Source: a virus. Taken from it: DNA of 58,356 bases. This document shows, one piece after another, positions 34,622-43,950 of the stretch. The DNA is taken from IMG/VR virus record IMGVR_UViG_3300029563_000007, positions 1 through 58,356 of that record, one strand, 5' to 3'. Both the position numbers and the translations under genes were made by a program. The notes beneath the pieces are model-generated. The model ran no database searches. It was not told where the DNA came from and was given only the letters and a program-made list of their open reading frames with translations. Positions within the stretch are counted from its first letter, which is position 1. Every line of letters begins with the position of its first letter.

Positions 34622-35259
34622 TAACAAATAATAAAGCCTATATGATAGGTAAGATTGCTAAGAAACCAGTATTTTCACACGAGGTTTATGGTGAGGGATT
34701 TTATATTTTTCACATAGAAGCTCCAAGAAAAAGCGGCAATGTAGATACGCTTCCGGTCGTTGTATCTGAAAGACTTGTTGACATTAACAGACTAGATGTA
34801 GACAGAACTGTAGTAATTAACGGACAGATTAGGTCATACAATCAACACATAGATGGCACACATAGCCATCTGATACTTAGCATATTCGCTAGGGAGATTG
34901 ATATATTAGAGGATGTTGAAATTCCACTGGATACGAACAATTCAATTGAAATCGTAGGGCATTTATGCAAAGCACCTACATATAGAACAACACCGCAAGG
35001 CAGAGAGGTATGTGACATTATGATGGCTGTCAATAGAGCCTATGGTAAGTCAGATTACATACCTTGTATCGTATGGGGAAGAAATGCGAGATTTGCAGGT
35101 AGACTTGAAGCTGGGGAACATATTCAGATTCAGGGAAGATTCCAGAGCAGGGAATACGCTAAGAAGATAAGTGACAATGAAGTTGAAACAAGAACTGCTT
35201 ATGAAGTATCGGTAAGCAAGATTGATTATGCAGATGAGGGCGAAGCTAATGTGCAGTGA
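34618..35259 (+). CDS. tandem OB-fold SSB-like protein
   Basis: 213 aa; two SSB-like halves (MIGKIAKKPVFSHE...INGQIRSYN and IVGHLCKAPTYRTTPQGREVCDIMMAVNR...IQGRFQSREY). Confidence 0.5.
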   Translation: MITNNKAYMIGKIAKKPVFSHEVYGEGFYIFHIEAPRKSGNVDTLPVVVSERLVDINRLDVDRTVVINGQIRSYNQHIDGTHSHLILSIFAREIDILEDVEIPLDTNNSIEIVGHLCKAPTYRTTPQGREVCDIMMAVNRAYGKSDYIPCIVWGRNARFAGRLEAGEHIQIQGRFQSREYAKKISDNEVETRTAYEVSVSKIDYADEGEANVQ

Positions 35260-35440
35260 TATTACGGTTAGAGAGTTAGCAAGTATGGCGCTTGATGAAG
35301 ATGCGATGTGTCAGATATGGTCACCACGATACGGAACAATCTTTGATGGTTCGTTTAATGAAGCTAAAAATTGTACATACATAAATATCGTGGTTGATAG
35401 CTTTCAGGTTGAAGATGGTGTATTTATTATGAATATATAA
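35249..35440 (+). CDS. hypothetical protein
   Basis: ATG 35249 (MCSDITVRELASMALDEDAM...). Confidence 0.4.
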   Translation: MCSDITVRELASMALDEDAMCQIWSPRYGTIFDGSFNEAKNCTYINIVVDSFQVEDGVFIMNI

Positions 35441-35453
35441 ATAAGGAAAGGAT

Positions 35454-37394
35454 ATGTTTATGGAAAGAACAGTTTTAAAAAAGGTAGCTCTTGAAAACTT
35501 TATGTGCTATGCACACGCAGAGCTTGATTTTTATGCCATTACAAAGATTATGGCTAAGAATGGCAAGGGTAAGTCAACTATTGCCACAGCTTATCTGTGG
35601 TGTCTGTTTAACTGTGATTATGAGCTAAAGGATAATCCGGTTGTAAGAAGAGAGGTTGGCGGAAAGTCCGTTGATGATATGGACACAAGCGTTGAACTTA
35701 CACTTGATGTTGACGGAAAAGAAATAACTATGAAGAAAGTGCAGAAAAGAACCTACAGCAAAGATGGTAGCAGCTACAAGGACGATAACAAGTATTTTGT
35801 CAATGATGTGCCTAAGACATTAAAGGATTTCAACGCATATCTTGATGTGGATATGAATGTATTCAAGATGTGCAGTAATGTAAATGCTTTTCTTAATCAG
35901 AAGCCGGCAGAAATGAGAGAATACCTATTCGGTCTTGTAGGAGATGTTACAGACCTTGATATAGCTTCACAGAAAGCTGAATTAGCCGAGTTAGTTCCTT
36001 TACTTAATAAGTATACAGTTGAAGAATTATCCGCTATGAATAAAGCTACAAAGACCAAGATTACAAAGGATTTGCCTATTCTTGACGGACAAATTAAGGA
36101 AAAGGAAAGGGATATACAGCTTAAACAGGCTATTGAAGTATCTGACCTTGAATTACAGAAGAACAGCCTTAAAGAGCAGATTGCTGATTGCGTGGCAAAG
36201 CAGACCGACAATGAAAAGCTGATGGCTGAATATGACAAGGGTAGTTCGGATATTCTCAATTTGAAGTTTGAACTTAACGATATGTCACGCAAGGCTAATG
36301 AGGACAATGTTAAGGCAAGAAGAAATCTTGAATCACAGATTAGCAACCTTAATTATGTGATTATAGATAGTAAGCAGTCAGTAAGTAGTGCAGAAATTAT
36401 TGTTAGTCTTGATAAAGATAAAATAGCTGAATATCAGAAAACACTTGATGATAGCAGAACCGAATGGAAAGCCGGAAAAGAGCGTGTATTTGACGAGAAT
36501 AACCTTATTTGCCCTTATTGCAAACAGGGATACCCGGAGGATAAAAAAGAGGAATTAAGGGCAGATTTTAAGACGCACAAAGAAGCAGAACTTAACAGAA
36601 TTACTGATAAAGGCAACACAGCTAAGAAAATGCTTGATGAAATCAAAGGATTGTTAGTTGAAGCTGAACAGGAATTGGCTGACAGAAAGCAGAAGTTAGA
36701 AAAGCATTTAGTTGATTTAGCAGACCTTGAAAAGCAGTTATCAGAACTTCCGCAGGAAATTGATGCATCAGCCACAGAAGAATACAAGGCACTCGAACAG
36801 CAGATTGCTGAAAAGGAACAGGCTATGCACAAAGCTAATGATATTTCAGCAATCAAGGCAGAATTAAAAGCACAGGAAACAGCTTTAAGGCAGCAGTTAG
36901 CAGAATGCGAAAGTCAGATTGCAAAGTCTGATACGGCAGCAGATGAACAGCGACTTGAAGAATTAAAGCAGACAAGGATTGATTCTGAACAGAATAAGAC
37001 TAATGCCGAGAAAATCCTTGATTTACTTGATGAACTTGACAAAGCAAAGAATGAAGCCTTGACAGAAGCGGTAAACAGTCATTTTGGGTTAGTTAAGTGG
37101 CAGTTGTTCACTTATACAAAGTCTGGTGGTTATAAAACAGTTTGTATTCCTACCATAGATAACAAATCGTTATTAGATTGTACATCAAATAAAGCAAAGA
37201 AAATTATGGGGAAGATAGATATATGTTTATCTATTCAAAAAATATGTAACATAAATTGCCCTTTAATTGTTGATGATATAGAATCACTCGATTCAGAAAA
37301 TGTATCAAATATTATAAAAAAAAATAAATCACAAGTAATAATGCTAGCTGTTAGTGATGGAGATATGGAAATTTTGGAGATAAAAAATGATTAG
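35454..37394 (+). CDS. SMC/SbcC/RecN-like AAA ATPase
   Basis: 646 aa; N-terminal P-loop KNGKGKST, long central coiled coil with CPYC hook-like motif, C-terminal LIVDDIESLD Walker B. Confidence 0.7.
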   Translation: MFMERTVLKKVALENFMCYAHAELDFYAITKIMAKNGKGKSTIATAYLWCLFNCDYELKDNPVVRREVGGKSVDDMDTSVELTLDVDGKEITMKKVQKRTYSKDGSSYKDDNKYFVNDVPKTLKDFNAYLDVDMNVFKMCSNVNAFLNQKPAEMREYLFGLVGDVTDLDIASQKAELAELVPLLNKYTVEELSAMNKATKTKITKDLPILDGQIKEKERDIQLKQAIEVSDLELQKNSLKEQIADCVAKQTDNEKLMAEYDKGSSDILNLKFELNDMSRKANEDNVKARRNLESQISNLNYVIIDSKQSVSSAEIIVSLDKDKIAEYQKTLDDSRTEWKAGKERVFDENNLICPYCKQGYPEDKKEELRADFKTHKEAELNRITDKGNTAKKMLDEIKGLLVEAEQELADRKQKLEKHLVDLADLEKQLSELPQEIDASATEEYKALEQQIAEKEQAMHKANDISAIKAELKAQETALRQQLAECESQIAKSDTAADEQRLEELKQTRIDSEQNKTNAEKILDLLDELDKAKNEALTEAVNSHFGLVKWQLFTYTKSGGYKTVCIPTIDNKSLLDCTSNKAKKIMGKIDICLSIQKICNINCPLIVDDIESLDSENVSNIIKKNKSQVIMLAVSDGDMEILEIKND

Positions 37395-38046
37395 CGAAAA
37401 TAAAAGAATAAAAACCAAAGATATAACTGGAAAAAGGTATGGAAAGCTTATCGTTCTTGGTTTTTGTGAGTACAAATATTCTAAATCTGGGCACAAGAAT
37501 TGCTATTGGAATTGCTTGTGCGATTGCGGTAATGAAAAAGTGGTATCAAGCGATAGTTTAAGAAGTGGTAATGTAAGAAGTTGTGGTTGCATAAAAACTC
37601 AAAGAAACGCAGAGTATTTTACTACTCATAATAAAACACATACCAGATTGTACAGCATATACACAGATGTTAAGCAACGCTGTTTTAACCCGAATAGCAA
37701 AGCTTATTTTTATTATGGCGGTAGAGGAATAGTGATGTGTGATGAGTGGAAAAATAATTTTTGCTTATTTTACGATTGGGCTATTGAAAATGGCTATGAA
37801 GAATCACTAACCTTGGAAAGAATAGACGTAAACGGAAACTATGAACCATCTAATTGTACTTGGATTCCGGCTAGAGAGCAATCTAAGAATAGGCGTAATA
37901 GTCATTATATCACGCACAATGGAACTACTAAAACGTTATCAGATTGGAGTAGTGAGCTAAAAGTTAGTAGGCAAACTTTAAGAAAATGGGAAAATGAGAG
38001 TAACGGTGAAAATGCGATAGAAAGAGCAATACAAAGAAGAAAGTGA
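37387..38046 (+). CDS. Zn-ribbon DNA-binding protein, paralog of 13506 (homing-endonuclease-like)
   Basis: ITGKRYGKLIVLGF...WNCLCDCGN...SCGCI...YGGRGIVMCDEW...LERIDVNGNYEPSNCTW. Confidence 0.55.
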   Translation: MISENKRIKTKDITGKRYGKLIVLGFCEYKYSKSGHKNCYWNCLCDCGNEKVVSSDSLRSGNVRSCGCIKTQRNAEYFTTHNKTHTRLYSIYTDVKQRCFNPNSKAYFYYGGRGIVMCDEWKNNFCLFYDWAIENGYEESLTLERIDVNGNYEPSNCTWIPAREQSKNRRNSHYITHNGTTKTLSDWSSELKVSRQTLRKWENESNGENAIERAIQRRK

Positions 38047-38055
38047 GGATTAATT

Positions 38056-39123
38056 ATGGCAGAGAATACAGCAGTTGCGGAAAAGAAAGCGTTTACCACC
38101 TCATTAAGTGAGTGGAGTAATACAATGACAGGACTTATTATCAATGATTATAAGGCTGTTGGAATGGATATGGACGATTATGCAAAAGAGTGTGCTATGG
38201 AAGCAATGACAAGCATATTCAATCTTGTTAAGAGCGACCCTAAGATTGATATGAGAAATCTTGATACAAGCAATTTAAGGGGCATTGTCAAGCGTTGTGC
38301 AAGCCTTAAGTTAAATGCTAGTGCATACCCAAGAGAGTGCTATTTTCAGTTAAGGAATGTAAAAATAGGAGTTGACCCGCAGACAGGCAAGGATGTATGG
38401 CAGAAACAGGTTGAAATGGGAATCGAGGGTACAGGTTATGACTCTTTGCTTGCCAACTATGGAAAAGATGTTAAGCAGGTTTATCCGTACTGGGTAATTA
38501 AAGAGGGTGACAAGTACATACCACCTAAGCATAAAGGACTTACAGTTACAGAGCCGGAGTGGGAAGAAAGCGGATTATCTGATAAAGCGGTAAGAGTTGT
38601 ATATCCTGTTAAGCTGTTAGACGGAACAGTAACATATCTTTCTGCTGATAGAGATAGTGTTAAGGTAAATCTTTTAGCTCATGTTAAGCAAAACATAATG
38701 AATGAGACTTTTGGTATCTGTGAGGACAGATACCACGCAACACCAAAGCAGAAAGCAGAAATTAAGGCTAAGAAAGACGAGATACTTAATGCCTTAAGAG
38801 CGTGCAAGACAGTAGATGAAATGCTTGAATGTGAAATTGCAAGACCATTCATCAGCGGTGCTTGGCTTGATACGCCAGAGAGTATGATTCAGAGAAAAAT
38901 GTGCAACAACGCTACAAGGAAATACCCTAAGAACTATGACCCAATGGCACGACAGGCACAGGTTGAAATGGATGAGGTATATCAAGTTGCACAGGCTGAA
39001 ATTGCCGAAAATGCTAATACTGTTGAGTTCATAGAGAATACGGAAGATGTTGATACAACAGCCGCAGAAGCAACAGAAGAACAAACAGACAGCACATTGC
39101 CACCATTTATGCAGGCAGAATAG
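38056..39123 (+). CDS. RecT-family single-strand annealing protein (putative)
   Basis: 355 aa; context beside ATPase, MBL and SSB genes; C-terminal WLDTPESMIQRKMCNNATRKYPKNY resembles the RecT W..pe.M..K..r motif. Confidence 0.5.
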   Translation: MAENTAVAEKKAFTTSLSEWSNTMTGLIINDYKAVGMDMDDYAKECAMEAMTSIFNLVKSDPKIDMRNLDTSNLRGIVKRCASLKLNASAYPRECYFQLRNVKIGVDPQTGKDVWQKQVEMGIEGTGYDSLLANYGKDVKQVYPYWVIKEGDKYIPPKHKGLTVTEPEWEESGLSDKAVRVVYPVKLLDGTVTYLSADRDSVKVNLLAHVKQNIMNETFGICEDRYHATPKQKAEIKAKKDEILNALRACKTVDEMLECEIARPFISGAWLDTPESMIQRKMCNNATRKYPKNYDPMARQAQVEMDEVYQVAQAEIAENANTVEFIENTEDVDTTAAEATEEQTDSTLPPFMQAE

Positions 39124-39133
39124 GAGATTGAGT

Positions 39134-39466
39134 ATGAGAGTAATTTCACAGGACGGAACATTAGATGTTCCATATAATGATTATCAATTATTTGTTATTG
39201 GTGCTAAATATGATGCAAAAGTAGCACGTATATATTGCCAAAGCTCATACGCACCAAGTGTAAAAATTGCTGAATATTCAACCAACGCAAAGGCACTTAA
39301 AGCTATGAAAATGCTTAGAAAAGTGTATGAAAATAATGTGTTTTATCATTGCACAGCCAGTTCAAAGCGTTTTGAAGAAGTACAGCGTATTTTGAGTGAG
39401 GAACAATTCCGGAAAGCTACAACAGAGTACTTTCAGTTTCCACAGGATGATGAAATCGAGGTGTGA
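39134..39466 (+). CDS. hypothetical protein
   Basis: SD AGGAG then ATG 39134 (MRVISQDGTLDVPYNDY...). Confidence 0.45.
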   Translation: MRVISQDGTLDVPYNDYQLFVIGAKYDAKVARIYCQSSYAPSVKIAEYSTNAKALKAMKMLRKVYENNVFYHCTASSKRFEEVQRILSEEQFRKATTEYFQFPQDDEIEV

Positions 39467-39468
39467 GT

Positions 39469-40199
39469 ATGAAATTAAAATGCTTAGGCTCATCATCAGC
39501 CGGAAATTGCTATCTGCTAACTTCCAACAGTGAAGAAACGCTTATCCTTGATTGTGGAATACCGATTAGGAAAATCAAGAAAGGCTTAGATTGGAACATA
39601 AGGGGGATTACGGGTGTGATTATAAGTCACACCCACCTCTAGACCATAGCAAGTCAGTAAACGATTTTAAATCAATGGGAATACCGATACTTGCCCCATA
39701 TTTAGGCGATAGCTGTAAATCAATGAATATGGGCGAATTTACAGTGAAACCCTTTGATTTAACGACAATAGACGGAAATTGGACACATACCAATGCAGAC
39801 GGAACACCTTGCCCGATATATGGCTTTCTGATTACTCACCCGGAAATGGGGAGAATGCTTTACATAACCGATTGTGAGGTTGTCAAGTGGAGATTTAAAG
39901 ACATAAACAACATTCTCTTAGGCGTGAATTATGACAAGGATTTAATCGACAAGGACAATGCAGGCAAAGCTAATCACGTATTCAGAGGTCACTTAAGTAT
40001 TGATACAGCTTGCGATTTTGTTAAGGCAAATTATTCAGATAACTTGCAAAACGTCATAATGTGCCATTTATCAAGTGAAAATGCTGATAGAGATAGTTTT
40101 ATCGAGAAGATGAAAAAAGTTGCTTATGGGGCGAATGTAGATGTTGCAGAGCGCAACAAGGAATGGTTACTTGCTAATCCTAATGAGTGCCCGTTTTAG
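39469..40199 (+). pseudogene. MBL-fold metallo-hydrolase gene split by a frameshift inside the HxHxDH motif
   Basis: Frame A: MKLKCLGSSSAGNCYLL...GVIISHTHL then TAG 39640-42. Frame A-1 continues LDHSKSVNDFKSMGIP... to 40199. Junction CACCTCTAGACC contains a CT dinucleotide repeat. Confidence 0.7.
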
Positions 40200-40209
40200 A
40201 AAGGAGATA

Positions 40210-40722
40210 ATGACTATGAATTTCAAATGGAGTGAGGAGGAAGTCCTTTTATTAAAAGATAAATATTCTTGCTCAACAAATGATGAATTAATTGCCTTAT
40301 TTCCTAATAAAACATTTTTGGCAATCTATAAAAAAGCTTATTCGCTTAACTTAAAGAGAGATGAAGAAATTAAGTTTTTGAACAGGTCAAAGACTAAAAG
40401 TGGTAAAAATGCTAGTAATTGGAATGGCGGTGTTAGGAGAACAAGCAAAGGATATATACAAATATTAATGCCGGAACATAAAAGAGCAGATAAAGGCGGG
40501 TACGTTATGGAACATATCTTAGTTTATGAAAAAGCCACAGGAATAGAAGTGCCACGAAATTGTTGCATACATCATTTGAACGGGATAAAAAATGATAACA
40601 GAATTGAAAATTTATGTATGATGACAAATTCAGCACACACAATATATCATCATACAGGGCAAAAAAGAAGTGAAGAAACTAGAAAACGAATTTCAGAAAG
40701 CAAGAGGAAAAAATATGAATAA
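40210..40722 (+). CDS. HNH homing endonuclease
   Basis: ...CCIHHLNGIKNDNRIENLCMMTNSAHTIYHH (HNH core); start ATG 40210 or 40216. Confidence 0.8.
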   Translation: MTMNFKWSEEEVLLLKDKYSCSTNDELIALFPNKTFLAIYKKAYSLNLKRDEEIKFLNRSKTKSGKNASNWNGGVRRTSKGYIQILMPEHKRADKGGYVMEHILVYEKATGIEVPRNCCIHHLNGIKNDNRIENLCMMTNSAHTIYHHTGQKRSEETRKRISESKRKKYE

Positions 40723-41143
40723 AGTGATAATTTCGGGGAGAGTTGTTAGGGATGCTGATGTTAGATATTCACAGACAGCAAACGGAAGTATGGCGGTAGC
40801 AAGGTATACATTAGCTGTTGACAGAACTTTTAAGAAAGAGGGCGAACAGGCAGCAGACTTTATTAACTGTATTGCATTTGGCAAGAATGGAGAGTTTGCA
40901 GAGAAGTATTTACATCAGGGAACTAAGATTATCGTTGAGGGCAGATGGCAGACAGGCAACTACACTAACAAGGACGGACAGAAAGTCTACACTAATGATT
41001 GCGTTGTTGAAAGACACGAGTTCTGCGAAAGTCGTACTAATCAGCAGAGCAACAATAATGGAATTATGGGCGGTAATGCTAGTTCAGACAGTTTTATGTC
41101 AATTCCAGACAATGTAGCTGACGAGGGATTACCATTTAATTAA
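40715..41143 (+). CDS. ssb: single-stranded DNA-binding protein
   Basis: MNKVIISGRVVRDADVRYSQTANGSMAVARYTLAVDR... OB fold, Q/N/G-rich tail ending DEGLPFN. Confidence 0.9.
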   Translation: MNKVIISGRVVRDADVRYSQTANGSMAVARYTLAVDRTFKKEGEQAADFINCIAFGKNGEFAEKYLHQGTKIIVEGRWQTGNYTNKDGQKVYTNDCVVERHEFCESRTNQQSNNNGIMGGNASSDSFMSIPDNVADEGLPFN

Positions 41144-41155
41144 AGAGGTGTGAGT

Positions 41156-41467
41156 ATGAAAGAGAATGAAGCAATAGAAAAACTGAAAAATATGCGATTA
41201 TATATGCAGATTACGGACAAGAACAACGATTGCAAGTTTACAGAAGATGATTACAAGGCTAACGAAATGGCAATACAGGCACTTGAAAAGCAGATACCAA
41301 TGAAACCTATATTTAACCATAACCTTAGTGATACTCTTTCTTTATTCCATTGTGAATGTGGAAACGCAATCAAAGTCAGTCACGATATAGGAATAATGGA
41401 TAAAAACAATGCACCAAATTACTGCAGTGAGTGCGGTTGTAAGCTAGATTGGAGTGATGAAGAATGA
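41156..41467 (+). CDS. zinc-binding hypothetical protein
   Basis: ATG 41156; HCECGN...CSECGC. Confidence 0.45.
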   Translation: MKENEAIEKLKNMRLYMQITDKNNDCKFTEDDYKANEMAIQALEKQIPMKPIFNHNLSDTLSLFHCECGNAIKVSHDIGIMDKNNAPNYCSECGCKLDWSDEE

Positions 41468-41742
41468 GAATGATTGACGCAGATAAATTATTAGAACTGA
41501 TGAAAGACCAGAAAGAAAGAGAAATAGGAGCATACGCAAAAGGCATAAATGCCGGTCTGAATATCGTAAAGAGTATTATCAATGATGAAACACAAACTCC
41601 AACTGCCTATGATGTGGATAAGGTTGTAGAGCAGTTGAAAACAGACTCTTCTGTAAGATTGTATGGAAGTGGTAATAGCAATAATTATCTTATTCCTCTT
41701 GAAAGGGCAATAGAGATAGTAAAGGCAGGAGACAATATATGA
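41464..41742 (+). CDS. hypothetical protein (MRMIDADKL family)
   Basis: 92 aa; N-terminus paralogous to the next gene. Confidence 0.45.
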   Translation: MRMIDADKLLELMKDQKEREIGAYAKGINAGLNIVKSIINDETQTPTAYDVDKVVEQLKTDSSVRLYGSGNSNNYLIPLERAIEIVKAGDNI

Positions 41743-41921
41743 GATTGATTGATGCAGATAAACTAATTGAGGATATTCACAAAAGAAATTATATCGATAA
41801 GGCTTTATCTGAAATACTTGAAACTATCATTAATGAACAACCAACGGCTTTCAGTATGGCAGCTAAACCTATTGATAATTTTATAAATCCTTTTGAAGTA
41901 AAGGCAGGTGGTAATTCTTGA
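41739..41921 (+). CDS. hypothetical protein (MRLIDADKL family)
   Basis: 60 aa; tandem paralog of 41464. Confidence 0.4.
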   Translation: MRLIDADKLIEDIHKRNYIDKALSEILETIINEQPTAFSMAAKPIDNFINPFEVKAGGNS

Positions 41922-42508
41922 GTTATCAGAACATAGCGAGAGCCAAGGCAATAGAGAAAAGTAATAAGCAAAGGCTACTAAAGATAAATCCAAAACTTGA
42001 TGATAGGAGTGGCATTTATTTTTTGACCAGAGTTGACGAGAACAATATTCCTTATTTTTACATCGGGCAAGCACTACACCTATCGCAGAGGATGTGTGGT
42101 CACCTTGTAGGGTATCAGCACATAGATTTATCAATCAAGAAAAGAGGATTTTATAGCAAAGATAATCCTTATGGTTGGAAACTAAACTTTATTCATTACC
42201 CAGAAAACGAACTTGATAAATGGGAGCAGTACTGGATTTTGGAGTACACCAAGAAAGGTTATCAGTGTCGCTATAATAAGACAGCTGGCGGTCAAGGAGA
42301 GGGTAAAGAAAAGATAAATGAATTTAAGCCCTCTAAAGGCTACAGAGACGGCATACAGCAAGGCAAAAAGGTATTAGCGAGGGAATTATCGTCTATCGCA
42401 GAAAAGCACCTTATAATCCGATTGAAGCCCGAAAAAGAGCATAACAAGGTGTCGCAGAAACAGTATGAGAAGTTTATGGATTTATTGAAAGTGGGTGAAA
42501 GTGAATGA
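41918..42508 (+). CDS. GIY-YIG nuclease (homing-endonuclease-like)
   Basis: SGIYFLTRVDENNIPYFYIGQALHLSQRMCGH...WEQYWILEYTKKGYQCRYNKTAGG; TTG start overlapping the upstream stop. Confidence 0.75.
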   Translation: MSYQNIARAKAIEKSNKQRLLKINPKLDDRSGIYFLTRVDENNIPYFYIGQALHLSQRMCGHLVGYQHIDLSIKKRGFYSKDNPYGWKLNFIHYPENELDKWEQYWILEYTKKGYQCRYNKTAGGQGEGKEKINEFKPSKGYRDGIQQGKKVLARELSSIAEKHLIIRLKPEKEHNKVSQKQYEKFMDLLKVGESE

Positions 42509-42810
42509 CAAAAGCGGAAGAACTTTTAAACAAGGCAAAAGAAAAATACGCAGAGGGAGAAAAATACAGAAAGCTTGCCAATAGCTATTTTAAAAGTTGT
42601 AGGGAATATACGATTGAATACAGGATGGAAAGTGTAGATAGGGTTTTGGATTTTATTCGTGATGAATACAGAGCCGGCAGAATTTGCAACCTTGAAATGC
42701 TATTGTGTCATTGCCAAAACAAGCTGAATGGAAATATTGATGGAACGGAATTAGACCTTGATGAGCATTTAAGAGGAGTTCCTTTTGAGAAAGTGGGTGA
42801 TTCGGAATGA
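42505..42810 (+). CDS. hypothetical protein
   Basis: ORF track 101 aa, overlapping start. Confidence 0.45.
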   Translation: MTKAEELLNKAKEKYAEGEKYRKLANSYFKSCREYTIEYRMESVDRVLDFIRDEYRAGRICNLEMLLCHCQNKLNGNIDGTELDLDEHLRGVPFEKVGDSE

Positions 42811-42947
42811 ATGATTGCAATGGCTGTAGATACGAAAACAGCACAGATATAGAGGTGCATTTAGAATTTTGTACGAATTGTAAAAGAGCCTATTCCAATG
42901 AAGAAGATAGGGAATTTCACGAAGATAAGTATAGGACTATAGACTAA
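42807..42947 (+). CDS. small zinc-ribbon protein (46 aa)
   Basis: ATGA overlap; MNDCNGCRYENSTDIEVHLEFCTNCKRAY... Confidence 0.35.
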   Translation: MNDCNGCRYENSTDIEVHLEFCTNCKRAYSNEEDREFHEDKYRTID

Positions 42948-43010
42948 AAATCAAAGAAAGGAATAGGTTGTCGCGACATAAAACCGAGGTTTCCTTTTGG
43001 TAGATTTAGA

Positions 43011-43731
43011 ATGAAAGTACATTGTTTATTTGAACAGTCAGGAACATTCAAGAACGCTTTCAAGAAGTACGGAATTGAAGCCTACGACTATGATATTCAG
43101 AATGAATTTGGCGAAACCGACTATGTTACTGACCTTTTCGAATAGATTGATAGGGGGGTATCAGGGTGAGCCGAGTTTGTTTGATAAGATAAGCCCTGAT
43201 GATTTGATATTTGCATTTTTCCCTTGCACTTATTTTTCAGACCAGGGATTGAGACATCTGGCTTGCACGGCTTATCAGTACAGGAATTACACTATTGAGC
43301 AAAAATGTGAATTGGCAATGAAGCGGCATAAGGAACTTGATTTGTTTTATGAAAAGCTGAATAAATTAGTGATAATTTGTCAGCGAGGTCATTTGCAAAT
43401 TGTAATTGAAAATCCATTGAATACAAGTGGATTACATTACCTTACAAACTTCTGGTGCTTGAAGCCAAGTGTAATTGACAGAGATAGGACACAGAATGGG
43501 GATTATTACAAGAAGCCTACTCAGTATTGGTTTATTGGATTAAATCCTAAAAACAATCTTATTTTTGAGCCGTTGGAACAAGTAGAAAGTATGCAACCAA
43601 TACAATATATGACAAATAAAAATTCTTTAGGTATAGACAGAAAAACGGCAAGGTCAATGATACACCCACAGTACGCAGATAGATTTATCAGACAATATAT
43701 TCTTGATGAAGAGATATGGAGAGGTAAATAA
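43011..43731 (+). pseudogene. SAM-dependent DNA methyltransferase-like gene (C5-MTase-like FPC and ENP motifs) split across two frames
   Basis: Frame A: MKVHCLFEQSGTFKNAFKKYGIEAYDYDIQNEFGETDYVTDLFE then TAG 43143-45. Frame A+1: ...GGYQGEPSLFDKISPDDLIFAFFPCTYFS...LQIVIENP... to 43731. T4 at 43135-38 and G6 at 43153-58 at the junction. Confidence 0.55.
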
Positions 43732-43922
43732 TGAAAGACGAAACAAAGCAGGAAATACAGGTAGTCCTTGACCTGCTAAAAGGCAGTCTTACAAGAAATG
43801 GTGTAAGTATGGCAACAGACAGAGAGGGCAACTTAATGTTCTTTGATACATCTACCTATGTTAGAAGTAAAGGTAAGGAATTTGACGGATTCAGAGTTAA
43901 TATTAATGATTTAGTGAAGTAA
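43731..43922 (+). CDS. hypothetical protein
   Basis: ORF track 63 aa, ATGA-type overlap. Confidence 0.45.
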   Translation: MKDETKQEIQVVLDLLKGSLTRNGVSMATDREGNLMFFDTSTYVRSKGKEFDGFRVNINDLVK

Positions 43923-43950
43923 CAATGTGACAGAACTTGAAGAGGTAATT

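Noticed and set aside
43030-43142. Track start MNSQEHSRTLSRSTELKPTTMIFRMNLAKPTMLLTFSN... as the genuine N-terminus of the 43030-43731 ORF.
   Set aside because: It has a TTG start without an SD. It is the out-of-frame reading of a much more protein-like N-terminus (MKVHCLFEQSGTF...) that starts at ATG 43011.
43143-43145. An in-frame TAG in the methyltransferase-like gene suggested stop-codon reassignment, supported by phage-encoded tRNAs.
   Set aside because: TAG is used as the terminator of many clearly intact genes here (for example those ending at 3065, 3341, 3613 and 48167). None of the three tRNAs has a CTA anticodon (they are TTG, GTA and GCT). The MBL-gene TAG at 39640 is followed by TAA in the same frame and is plainly a frameshift.
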